Source: Bacteroidales bacterium
Lineage (GTDB): Bacteria > Bacteroidota > Bacteroidia > Bacteroidales > UBA1402
Reading direction: 5' to 3'
Assembly: GCA_017380635.1 (NCBI GenBank)
Contig: JAFODP010000015.1
Span: 6,155-70,154 of the forward strand
Length of the DNA: 64,000 bases
Shown here: one piece after another, positions 17,067 through 26,151 of the stretch
Position numbering within the stretch: position 1 is the first letter of the stretch
How the letters are laid out: each line of letters begins with the position of its first letter
Translations under genes and position numbers: made by a program
Notes under the pieces: generated by a model
Told to the model about the DNA's origin: nothing
Databases searched by the model: none
Seen by the model: only the letters and a program-made list of their open reading frames with translations

Positions 17067-17906
17067 TTATTTGCGTACGCCTAACATTACTTTGGCTTCT
17101 TCTACGCTGGCGGGTTCGTAACCATTTTCACGCAGCAAAGCCACCAAACGTTCTACCAATTCGGCATTGTTGACGGCGTTCTCGCCTTTTTCGTAATAGA
17201 AACTGTCTTCGAAACCTACGCGGATGGCATTGGCGCCCATTTTAACGGCGGTAATCAGGAAGTTGAGGTCGGGCATGGTGTCGTGATTGAGACCCCAGGT
17301 AGAACCTTCTTCGGTCAGAGCAAGCAGACAATCAATCACTTTGGTGGTGGCGCTCAAATTGCTCGATGCGCCGGGGCCCAAACAGAAATTATAATGCAGC
17401 GGACGTTGCAACACGCCTTCGTCGGCCAGACGGGTGCAAGTTTCCACATGACTGAGATCGAACAATTCCATTTCGGGAACAGCCTGCGCTTGGTCGATGC
17501 GACCTTTCCAATAACGGATTTCGGGCAAGGTATTCACGTACACCGTTTCGGCAAAATTCACCGAACCCATATTGAGCGAAGCCACTTGCACGGCCGGTAC
17601 ATTCAGACAAACACAACGTTCTTCCAGACTCAAAGACGACAAACCTCCGGTAGAACTTTGAATGATGATATCGCTTTCGCGGCGAATCATGTCGCAAGTC
17701 TGTTGGAACACGGTCAAATCGAAAGTGGGATTGCCTTCCAAGTCGCGGGTATGCAGGTGCACTTGGCTGGCTCCGGCTTTGGCACAAGCCAGCACATCGC
17801 GGGTGATATCTTCGGGGCTCAAGGGGTTGTGAGAGCCGGCGGGAACTTCTTTTCCGACGTGGCAAACAGGCGCCACGGTAACGATGACTTTATTCTTCAG
17901 ATTCAT
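17067..17906 (-). CDS. BKACE-family enzyme (3-keto-5-aminohexanoate cleavage enzyme-like, DUF849)
   Basis: 279 aa TIM barrel. VIVTVAP..., the metal-site motif QVHLHTRD and IRVGFEDSFYY match BKACE family motifs. Confidence 0.85.
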   Translation of the reverse strand: MNLKNKVIVTVAPVCHVGKEVPAGSHNPLSPEDITRDVLACAKAGASQVHLHTRDLEGNPTFDLTVFQQTCDMIRRESDIIIQSSTGGLSSLSLEERCVCLNVPAVQVASLNMGSVNFAETVYVNTLPEIRYWKGRIDQAQAVPEMELFDLSHVETCTRLADEGVLQRPLHYNFCLGPGASSNLSATTKVIDCLLALTEEGSTWGLNHDTMPDLNFLITAVKMGANAIRVGFEDSFYYEKGENAVNNAELVERLVALLRENGYEPASVEEAKVMLGVRK

Positions 17907-17951
17907 TGTAGTATAATGTTTAAAGCGACGACAAACTTAGAAAAAATATTG

Positions 17952-17959
17952 TAATTTTG
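17952..17959 (+). promoter_or_regulatory. -7 box TAATTTTG upstream of uvrA
   Basis: Consensus match 23 nt upstream of the ATG at 17982. Confidence 0.45.
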
Positions 17960-17981
17960 CGGCCTTATCGGAAAAATCAGC

Positions 17982-20804
17982 ATGAAATATATCGAAATAA
18001 AAGGGGCTCGCGTCAACAACCTGAAAAACGTGACGGTGAAGATTCCGCTCAACTCTTTTACGGTGATTACGGGTTTGTCGGGAAGCGGCAAATCGTCTTT
18101 GGCATTCGATACGCTCTATGCCGAAGGACAGCGTCGTTATGTGGAAAGTTTGTCGGCTTATGCGCGTCAGTTTTTGGGAAAAATGAACAAGCCCGAAGTG
18201 GATTTCATTCGCAATATTCCGCCCACCATCGCCATCGAACAGAAGGTAATCAACCGCAATGCGCGTTCGACGGTGGGCACTTCCACCGAAATCTACGATT
18301 ATCTTCGTCTGCTTTTTGCCCGCGTGGGACGCACCTTTTCTCCGATTTCCGGCGAGGAAGTGAAGCGCCATACGGCACAGGATGTGATGGATTTTGTGCA
18401 GACTTTCCCTGAGGGAACGCGTTTTCTGCTGCTTTGTCCGCGCCAATTGTCCACTCGTGCCGACTTTGAATCTTTGATGCGTCAAGGTTACAGTCGTTTG
18501 GAAGTTACTTTGTCTGATGGTCCGCAAATGCTTCGCATCGACGATGTGCTGGACGATGAGGCTTTGCTCGAAGCTTGTTTGCAAGCGGAATCTAAATATC
18601 TGATTATCGACCGATTGAGTGTGCAGAACGACACGCTGAGTCTGTCGCGACTGAACGATTCTGTCGAAACGGCCTTTTACGAAGGTCAACATGCTTGTGC
18701 GCTGAGAATCTATGCCGAAGAAGGCGAGGTGTTCAAGACTTTTTCCGATCGATTCGAGGCTGACGGCATTGCTTTCGAAGAACCTACCGACCTGATGTTC
18801 AACTTTAATTCGCCTTCTGGTGCTTGTCCTACTTGCGAAGGTTTCGGCCGCGTGGTGGGTTTGGACGAAGACCTGATTGTGCCCGATAAATCTTTGTCGA
18901 TATACGACGATGCCATTGCTTGTTGGCGTGGCCAAGTGATGGGCGAATGGAAGAAAGCTTTGGTGATGTCGGCGCCTAAATTCGATTTTCCGATTTTCAA
19001 ACCTTGGTATCAACTCACGCAGGCTCAACGCGATTTGGTGTGGACGGGCAACCGCTATTTTCATGGTTTGTACGAATTTTTCCAACGACTCGAAGAAAAA
19101 CAATATAAGGTACAAAACCGCGTGATGCTGGCGCGTTATCGCGGTAAAACCATTTGTCCCGATTGTAAGGGTCGTCGTCTGAAACCGGCTGCTTTTTACG
19201 TGAAAGTGAGCGGAAAATCCATTGCCGATCTGGTAGAAATGCCTATCAGCGATTTGTTGGTGTTTTTCAACAATTTACAACTGACCGAAAACGAAAGTTT
19301 GGTGGCCGAACGCCTTTTGTTGGAAATCCGTAAACGACTGCAGTTCTTGATGGATGTGGGTTTGAGCTATCTTCGTTTGGATCGATTGTCGAATACGCTT
19401 TCGGGTGGCGAAAGTCAGCGCATCAATCTGGTGACTTCTTTGGGTAGTAGTCTGGTAGGTTCGCTTTATGTGTTGGACGAACCCAGCATCGGGTTGCACG
19501 CCCGCGATACCGACCGCCTCATCAAGGTGCTGCGTCAGTTGCAGGCCTTGGGCAATACGGTGGTGGTGGTAGAACACGACGAAGAAATGATACGCGCTGC
19601 CGATTACATCATCGATATTGGTCCGGATGCCGGTCGTTTGGGTGGTCAGTTGGTGTATCAAGGAGCTTTGGCGCCGCTGCTTAAGAATGGCGCGGCCTTG
19701 CTCGAAGGCGATATGATGAGCAGTCATACCTTGAATTATATCACCGGTCGCGAAGAGATTGCTTTGCCGGCTTATCGTCGTTCGTGGAACAATTTTATTC
19801 AGTTGAAAGGCGTTTGTCATCACAACCTGAAAGAAATCGACGTGAAGTTTCCCTTGAACGTAATGACGGTGGTGACGGGCGTGAGCGGTTCGGGCAAATC
19901 CTCTTTGGTGCGCGATGTCTTTTACGTGGCCTTGAAGCGAAAACTGAGCGAGTCGAGCGAACGTCCGGGTACTTTCCGTGAAATTTCCGGCGATTTCGAT
20001 CGCGTGTACGACATCGAGTTTGTCGACCAGAATCCTATCGGAAAATCTTCGCGCTCGAATCCGGCCACTTACCTTAAAGTATACGACGAAATTCGTAAGC
20101 TTTTTGCCGATCAGCCTTTGGCTAAACAAATGGGCATGACGGCTTCGTATTTTTCTTTCAATCAGGAAGGTGGACGTTGCGAACATTGTCAGGGCGAAGG
20201 CGTGGTGCATGTGGATATGCAGTTTATGGCCGATATTGTGATGACTTGCGAACATTGTCAGGGTAAACGTTTTCAGTCGGATGTGCTGGAAGTGCTGTAC
20301 AAAGGCAAATCTATCTACGATGTTTTGGAAATGACGGTAAATCAGGCTTGTGAGTTTTTTGCGGAAGCTAAGACTTCGGCCGAAAAGAAGATTCTGAAAC
20401 GTTTGCAACCTTTGAAAACGGTGGGTTTGGGTTATGTTAAACTTGGTCAGTCGTCGTCTACTTTGTCGGGCGGGGAAAGTCAGCGCGTGAAGTTGGCGTA
20501 TTATCTCAGTCAGGAGCAGCCCAAGCCTTCGGTGTTTATTTTCGACGAACCTACCACGGGCTTGCATTTCCACGATATTCACGTTTTGCTGAAAGCGCTC
20601 AACGATTTGATTGCGGCCGGACACACTGTGATTATCATCGAACACAACCTAGAGGTGATAAAATGTGCCGATCATATCATCGAACTGGGCCCCGAAGGCG
20701 GTAATGCCGGTGGTGAATTGCTCTTTGCCGGAACGCCCGAAGATTTGCTGCAATGCGAGCGCAGCCATACGGCCAAATTCTTGAAAGAAAAAATGACAAA
20801 ATAA
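17982..20804 (+). CDS. uvrA: Excinuclease ABC subunit A (UvrA family)
   Basis: 940 aa with two ABC ATPase modules (GLSGSGKSSLAFDTLYAEGQRRYVESLSAYARQFLG; GVSGSGKSSL), CxxC zinc modules and LSGGE signatures. Confidence 0.93.
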   Translation: MKYIEIKGARVNNLKNVTVKIPLNSFTVITGLSGSGKSSLAFDTLYAEGQRRYVESLSAYARQFLGKMNKPEVDFIRNIPPTIAIEQKVINRNARSTVGTSTEIYDYLRLLFARVGRTFSPISGEEVKRHTAQDVMDFVQTFPEGTRFLLLCPRQLSTRADFESLMRQGYSRLEVTLSDGPQMLRIDDVLDDEALLEACLQAESKYLIIDRLSVQNDTLSLSRLNDSVETAFYEGQHACALRIYAEEGEVFKTFSDRFEADGIAFEEPTDLMFNFNSPSGACPTCEGFGRVVGLDEDLIVPDKSLSIYDDAIACWRGQVMGEWKKALVMSAPKFDFPIFKPWYQLTQAQRDLVWTGNRYFHGLYEFFQRLEEKQYKVQNRVMLARYRGKTICPDCKGRRLKPAAFYVKVSGKSIADLVEMPISDLLVFFNNLQLTENESLVAERLLLEIRKRLQFLMDVGLSYLRLDRLSNTLSGGESQRINLVTSLGSSLVGSLYVLDEPSIGLHARDTDRLIKVLRQLQALGNTVVVVEHDEEMIRAADYIIDIGPDAGRLGGQLVYQGALAPLLKNGAALLEGDMMSSHTLNYITGREEIALPAYRRSWNNFIQLKGVCHHNLKEIDVKFPLNVMTVVTGVSGSGKSSLVRDVFYVALKRKLSESSERPGTFREISGDFDRVYDIEFVDQNPIGKSSRSNPATYLKVYDEIRKLFADQPLAKQMGMTASYFSFNQEGGRCEHCQGEGVVHVDMQFMADIVMTCEHCQGKRFQSDVLEVLYKGKSIYDVLEMTVNQACEFFAEAKTSAEKKILKRLQPLKTVGLGYVKLGQSSSTLSGGESQRVKLAYYLSQEQPKPSVFIFDEPTTGLHFHDIHVLLKALNDLIAAGHTVIIIEHNLEVIKCADHIIELGPEGGNAGGELLFAGTPEDLLQCERSHTAKFLKEKMTK

Positions 20805-20835
20805 CCAATCGGCGCATTGGTTTAAATAAAAAAAA

Positions 20836-20878
20836 GAAGCCTGTCCAAAGCATAATGCTCACAAGGACAGGCTTTTTT
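20836..20878. terminator. Bidirectional intrinsic terminator between convergent uvrA and the OMP gene
   Basis: Stem GAAGCCTGTCC / GGACAGGCTT with an A-run upstream and a T-run downstream. Confidence 0.65.
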
Positions 20879-20891
20879 ATGTGCTATTTTG

Positions 20892-22337
20892 TTATTTTCC
20901 GAAGTACAACAACTTGGGAAGATCGCGCTTTTTATACTTGCCGATGGGCAGGCGCAAACCTACTTCAAATTGGGTACTCAACACATCCAGCGGAACGAAT
21001 TGGGGAGAGAAGTGCGTCAGGATGTGATCCCAAGAAAGGTAAATCAAACTGCAGAAATTCAAGGCAAAACCAAAACTGCGGCCATAATCCGAAAACAAGG
21101 TATAACTACCGGCCAACTGCAAATCTTTCAGCAAGGAAATATTGGCGCTGGCTGTCAGTTCGTCAAATTGGCCATAGGCAGTGTTTTCGAGGGTGTAGAT
21201 CAAACCGGCGTTGAGGCCTCTGAAAGGCTTGTAGTCGGCGGCCAACAAAAGGCGGCTGTCTAGTTTCTGAACGGCGGCTCCTTGCTGCGCAATTTGCTTG
21301 AACTGAATCATGTTTATCAGATTGTTGCTGATGTCTTCGCCTAGCTGAGCGATGGCATCTTCGCCGCTGGCTTCCAGGTCTAATGTCAATCCGCTGAAAG
21401 CAACTTCGCCGGTCGATTGTGCATTGATAACGGCTTCGGCATCCCAGCGAATGCTTCCGACATTGGTAAGTGCGGCCGAGAGTTTCAGTTTTTTGATGGG
21501 CGAGTAGCACAAGCCGAAATCAAAGGCGAAGCCTTTACCGGCGGGAGCCAAAGTTTCGACGCCGGTGAATTCGAGTCCGGTGATGTAGTCGGTGGGAACT
21601 TCGTTGCCATTTTCATCGATGGTGCCGGTGAGGGGACGCAGGCCGTAGCCATAGGCGCTCATCGTGGCTTGGGTGTTCACGGTCCAGGCATCGCTCGACA
21701 TATCCACGCGCATTTGGTCGATGTTGGCATTGGCAGCAGCCAGACCAACCAAATATTTGGCTTTCACGCCGATGCGCAAATTGTCGAAGAGGTCGTAGGC
21801 GTAGCCGATGCCGGCCGAAGCGTAAGCGGAGGCCGACACGTTGAAGTTGCGGATATCGTACACCGTATGATCGCTCGACATACCTTGTTTAAGAAAGGCG
21901 AACAATTCCTTGGGAAGGTTGCTGCTGAGTCCTACATGTAATTTGGTGTCGAACGAGAAATAACCTCTTCTGGCATTGAAACCGAAACCAAAAATGTCGA
22001 TGTCGGTATTCAATCCCAAGATATTATTGTCGTGCAGTTTGTTCAGGAAATCGGAGGCAGACACTTCGGGATGCAAAAAGGTGTAGAGTTCACTGCCGTC
22101 AGTATTGGGATACAAAAACTGAGTGGCCGACAAATTGGAATTTACACCGATGGCATAATGTCCCATCAGGTTGATATATCCGCGATAGGGCGAAGCGGCC
22201 GGGTTCAGTTCGTGACGATAGTTGTAGCCATCCATGAAGTAGGCTGTTTTGGATTGAGCCAAAGCGCTTGTGGCAAACAAGCAGCAAACAATGGCAAGAG
22301 ATATAATCTTTTTCATAAGGAAAATCTTTTTAAGCAT
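20892..22337 (-). CDS. Outer-membrane beta-barrel protein (DUF5723/TraF-FadL-like)
   Basis: 481 aa with a signal peptide (ATSALAQ). The N-terminus AYFMDGYNYRHELNPA and beta-strand periodicity run throughout. It starts 7 bp after the upstream giant lipoprotein gene ends. An alternative start is the Met at 22316. Confidence 0.65.
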   Translation of the reverse strand: MLKKIFLMKKIISLAIVCCLFATSALAQSKTAYFMDGYNYRHELNPAASPYRGYINLMGHYAIGVNSNLSATQFLYPNTDGSELYTFLHPEVSASDFLNKLHDNNILGLNTDIDIFGFGFNARRGYFSFDTKLHVGLSSNLPKELFAFLKQGMSSDHTVYDIRNFNVSASAYASAGIGYAYDLFDNLRIGVKAKYLVGLAAANANIDQMRVDMSSDAWTVNTQATMSAYGYGLRPLTGTIDENGNEVPTDYITGLEFTGVETLAPAGKGFAFDFGLCYSPIKKLKLSAALTNVGSIRWDAEAVINAQSTGEVAFSGLTLDLEASGEDAIAQLGEDISNNLINMIQFKQIAQQGAAVQKLDSRLLLAADYKPFRGLNAGLIYTLENTAYGQFDELTASANISLLKDLQLAGSYTLFSDYGRSFGFALNFCSLIYLSWDHILTHFSPQFVPLDVLSTQFEVGLRLPIGKYKKRDLPKLLYFGK

Positions 22338-22343
22338 GCAACA

Positions 22344-25300
22344 TTATAATTCATCAATATCCACCACAAATCCGCCTACCACTCTCAGTTTGAGTTTGGC
22401 TTGCAGGTATTGTTCGGGCGACAAAGGCGTATTGGCTACTTCGGCGTCGCTGTTCACACGGAATTTCAAAACAAAATACCTGGCTTGGTCAAGGCGATGG
22501 CTCTTGTTGTCGAGTTTGAGGGAAATGGGCGAAACGCTGGCGCTACCGTCGCTTTGGCCGGCTTTGATGCTCAGTTTTACTTCGTTTTCCATTTCGATGA
22601 TTTCCATGTTTTCATCCAGAACTTCCAACTGAGCCGACAGGTTCAAAGGAATGCTGTTTTCAATTTCGCCAAACAGTTCCACGCATTCGCCGATGTAATC
22701 GAAATATTCGCCAAACTCAGACATGTCCATGTCCAAAGTGTCTTGCATAGCGAAATGACTGTTTTCGCCAAAAGCAATCGGAATGCTGATCAGATAGTCC
22801 AAATCGGCGCTGTAATCTACGTTCAAATCCAGTTCGTGCTGAACCTCGGTGTCGGTGTTTACTTGCAGGTTGAACGTCAATTCGTCGGGAATGTTCTTCA
22901 GGATATCGTTGACATTCAGTTGGATGAATTCGTAATCTTGCGGCATGTCGGCATCGGTGGCGGCAATCCAGAAATGATGCTCTTTCACTTCTTCGGGCGA
23001 AGCGGCGCGCGGCAATTCGATGTGAATGCTTTGCGTTCTGTTGTCATCGTTCACACCGCCTACAACCGGCGTCAAAGCACCGTCGATAACCAAAGGAATG
23101 GAAATGTTGCTCTTGGCCGACAAAGCAATGACCGGATTGATTTCCAAGCTTACCATGTCCGGATCTTTCATAAAGTCGGGCAAGTCGCTGAGGCTGATGC
23201 TTTCGCTGATGCTTTCGATGTTCGGATCTACCACGCCGTACACTTTGTCGAGTTGCAGTCCCTTGATGTCGGCTTTGGTGCTCACTTTGATGGGCTTGTC
23301 GCTCAAATCGCTGCTGTTGATTTCGCCGGCAGCCACATACACGGTAACATCGTATTTGATGGCTTCGCTCAGGTTGACTATGCCGCTGCTCAGGTCGAAA
23401 GTGCTGAGGTCGAGTCCCTTAATCTTCAAGCTTTTTTCAATGCTTTTTCCGTTGACGATATCCGCGTCGAAATGCCAGATGTTTCCGTCTTTCAAATCTT
23501 CGCCGCTCAAAAGGAAGGCTTCGGGCAAATCAAGACGAACATCCATCGAGATGGGTACATCCAATTCGGGCAAGTTTTCTGCTAGGAAGGCCACATTGAT
23601 TTCGGCGCCATCGCTCAGCAATAAACTATCGATGCGCAAAATTTCGCTCGGAATTTCAATTTCCTCGTTAAAGGCGATGCTGTCGCTCAACTGGTAACTG
23701 ATGCCGCTGATGTTGGCACCGATATCCGACAACACCATGTTGCTCAAGCTGAAATCGATGGCAATTTTTTCTTTCAGAGCTTCCGACAATTCCTTGGCGT
23801 TTACGCGACCGGCTTCTACGGCGATGCCACCTTTCACGCTGATGCTTTCGGAAATCTGCAATTCGTCGTTTTCGAAAGTTTTGTTGATGTTGAGTTTTTT
23901 CAATTCAAGTTGGATGTCGCTCGGAATGTCGCCGTTGATGCAAAGTTCGTTGTTTTGGTTCAACATCGGATGACTGGCAAATTCCATCATCTTGGGTAAA
24001 GCAATGCGAATATCTTCGGCCACAATATTCAAAGGTAATTTGGGCAATTGCAAGTGCAATTTAACAAAGGCGCCATCTTCGAGCGTTGCACTGTTGATGC
24101 TGGTCAGTTCCTTGAGCGGACGTTCTATTTTTTCTTCGAAACTCATGTGGATATCTTCCAGCGAATGTTCAATCTTTTTGGTGTCGGCAATGATGTCTTG
24201 AATGCCGAGTGAAGAACTTACCGAAATGTTCATGGCCGCATAATCGGGCAGGTCGGCGCTGTTGATTTTGCCCTGTAGGCCAAGACTTCCCGAGTAACTC
24301 AGTTGGTCTTCGAACGATAACGAACCATTGGTGATGGCCACTTGGCTCAAATCGACCGATTCGAGCAAGAAACGCAATTGCAAACCTTCGGCCGGGTTAA
24401 AAGCTTGTGGGGCAAGGCTGAAAGTATTGCTGCTCTGGTCTAAACCTTCTTGTGCGGCCAGTTTGAATGCTTTGGGAAATTGCAGCGAGAAAGCTTGGAT
24501 GCTCAAATTGTCCTTAAGCGGTTGCAGTTTTTCGTCCCCTTTGATAAGGATTTGGATATAGCTGTTTTCCTTGGCGATAATCTGATGAATGCCGGCAATT
24601 TGTTCGGGCAATTGCTCTTGGATGTTCAGCTGGCTTTCGCCACTCATATCGACGCTTTGTCCTTCAATTTCGAAAGAAAGACTCTCGATGACAATATCGT
24701 TGAAATCCACTTCCACCAAGAAACGAAGATTCTTGATTTCGGTGATTTGGTCGGCGTAATACTTGATGCCGTTCACCCTTACATTACCGCTGGCGCTGAT
24801 TTGCTTTTGGATGTTCATTTTGCCGTCAACGGGATCGTTGGCGATGTTCAATCCCTTGATACCGATGGTTTTGCTGATGCTATAATGGTTGGAGGCATTC
24901 ATTACATCGCTGCTAGAGAAAACAATGTCCTGGCTGCTTTCAGCGCCGGAAAGTCCTAAGCCGAAATCGAAAATGTCGGAAGGCGAAATGCGGATATCGG
25001 GAATAATTTCGCCCGCGGTGAGGAAGTTTTCGGCATTTTCCAATTGAATACGGATGCTCATGTTGGCTGCCGTGGGCGCTTGTTTCAACTTGATGTCGCC
25101 AATGCCTTTCAGGGCGGTGGGAACATCCAAGGATAATTTCAGATTTTCATTCAGATTGATGTCCAATGTGCTAGACGGAAGAATCAAACTGATTTCTTCA
25201 TGAGGAAGATTGCCGGCCAAGGCTTCGAGGAAAGGGGGCAAGGACGCAGCGCCCAACAAATTGCCTTGCTCGATATGCAAAGGATTGATGTTGAGATGTT

Positions 25301-25823
25301 TCTGACTGTCGGAAAGTTGGTATTTGCTCAAATCGGAACTGAAACTTTTTTCGATGGATGTCTGTGGCAGACTCAGGTTGTCCAGCGCAATGTCGCCCAC
25401 GCCCAAATCGATCAGTTCCGAATGCTGCATGCCTTCGATGCTGATCTTGGTGGCCGATGCGTCCAGGCCTTCCACTTCGAATACTTCTTCGATGCTTTGG
25501 TCTTCGATGCCCAGTTCGCTCAAGCCCATTTCTGCTTTGGCGGCGCTGTCGAGCACATACGAGAAATTGTCCTTGATTTCGAATTTGTACAAATGGTTAA
25601 GGCTGTCTTTTTCAAGACCTTCGATGCTGTCCTGAAGCAAACTGTCGAGGGCAGTTCCAAGGAAGATTTTGCCATTGCTGCTAACAAGAGGTATGCTCAG
25701 TGAGTCTCCTCCGAAAGCAAGTTTCAAAGAGAGTTTCGACATATCGTAACGATGGTCGATACATGCTGTCGACAACAACAGCAATGCGCTGCACAGGCAG
25801 GCTGAATGGAATAATCGTTTCAT
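22344..25823 (-). CDS. Giant (about 1159 aa) highly acidic lipoprotein of unknown function
   Basis: I placed the start at MKRLFHSACLCSALLLLSTAC (ATG at 25823), which gives a lipobox; the track ORF starts 36 codons earlier. The protein is rich in D/E/S/L/I and has very few aromatic residues. I recognise no catalytic motif. Confidence 0.7.
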   Translation of the reverse strand: MKRLFHSACLCSALLLLSTACIDHRYDMSKLSLKLAFGGDSLSIPLVSSNGKIFLGTALDSLLQDSIEGLEKDSLNHLYKFEIKDNFSYVLDSAAKAEMGLSELGIEDQSIEEVFEVEGLDASATKISIEGMQHSELIDLGVGDIALDNLSLPQTSIEKSFSSDLSKYQLSDSQKHLNINPLHIEQGNLLGAASLPPFLEALAGNLPHEEISLILPSSTLDINLNENLKLSLDVPTALKGIGDIKLKQAPTAANMSIRIQLENAENFLTAGEIIPDIRISPSDIFDFGLGLSGAESSQDIVFSSSDVMNASNHYSISKTIGIKGLNIANDPVDGKMNIQKQISASGNVRVNGIKYYADQITEIKNLRFLVEVDFNDIVIESLSFEIEGQSVDMSGESQLNIQEQLPEQIAGIHQIIAKENSYIQILIKGDEKLQPLKDNLSIQAFSLQFPKAFKLAAQEGLDQSSNTFSLAPQAFNPAEGLQLRFLLESVDLSQVAITNGSLSFEDQLSYSGSLGLQGKINSADLPDYAAMNISVSSSLGIQDIIADTKKIEHSLEDIHMSFEEKIERPLKELTSINSATLEDGAFVKLHLQLPKLPLNIVAEDIRIALPKMMEFASHPMLNQNNELCINGDIPSDIQLELKKLNINKTFENDELQISESISVKGGIAVEAGRVNAKELSEALKEKIAIDFSLSNMVLSDIGANISGISYQLSDSIAFNEEIEIPSEILRIDSLLLSDGAEINVAFLAENLPELDVPISMDVRLDLPEAFLLSGEDLKDGNIWHFDADIVNGKSIEKSLKIKGLDLSTFDLSSGIVNLSEAIKYDVTVYVAAGEINSSDLSDKPIKVSTKADIKGLQLDKVYGVVDPNIESISESISLSDLPDFMKDPDMVSLEINPVIALSAKSNISIPLVIDGALTPVVGGVNDDNRTQSIHIELPRAASPEEVKEHHFWIAATDADMPQDYEFIQLNVNDILKNIPDELTFNLQVNTDTEVQHELDLNVDYSADLDYLISIPIAFGENSHFAMQDTLDMDMSEFGEYFDYIGECVELFGEIENSIPLNLSAQLEVLDENMEIIEMENEVKLSIKAGQSDGSASVSPISLKLDNKSHRLDQARYFVLKFRVNSDAEVANTPLSPEQYLQAKLKLRVVGGFVVDIDEL

Positions 25824-26047
25824 AATATCTTGGTTTTCTATTCTTTTCAATGTGTAAAACAATAGACTGATTTCTATCTTTTTATGTGGTTTTTTCGATA
25901 AGAAATAGCGGCGGTCAAAGATAGTATACAAATCCTAAAAATGTTTAAAAAATATTGCTTTTTTATTTAAGGTGTACCACTATGATATTTTTGTGATGGC
26001 TGCCGAAGTTTATTAAGATTTTTTTTGTTTTTGGAATGGCTTTGTTC

Positions 26048-26055
26048 TATCTTTG
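26048..26055 (+). promoter_or_regulatory. -7 box TATCTTTG upstream of nifJ
   Basis: Consensus match about 97 nt upstream of the ATG at 26152. Confidence 0.45.
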
Positions 26056-26151
26056 CGGTCTAATGGACTCTTGCGAAAAGTGTATGTTGCATTCGCAATG
26101 CGCTTTCAATAAAGTATCAAAGGAATTTTTATCACTTTAAAAAGAGAATAA

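Noticed and set aside
17937-20645. Two very long minus-strand ORFs (392 aa at 17937..19115 and 456 aa at 19275..20645) lying antisense to uvrA
   Set aside because: They sit entirely inside a confidently identified uvrA gene. Their composition is R/Q/H/F-rich and low-complexity, with no recognisable motifs. Stop-free antisense frames are expected opposite codon-biased genes.
26056-26151. Possible riboswitch or attenuator in the nifJ 5' leader (alternative hairpins TTGCGAA/TTCGCAA and GCATT-CGC-AATGC)
   Set aside because: The stems are short (5-7 bp), nothing resembles a known riboswitch core, and there is no terminator-like T-run. The evidence is insufficient for a call.
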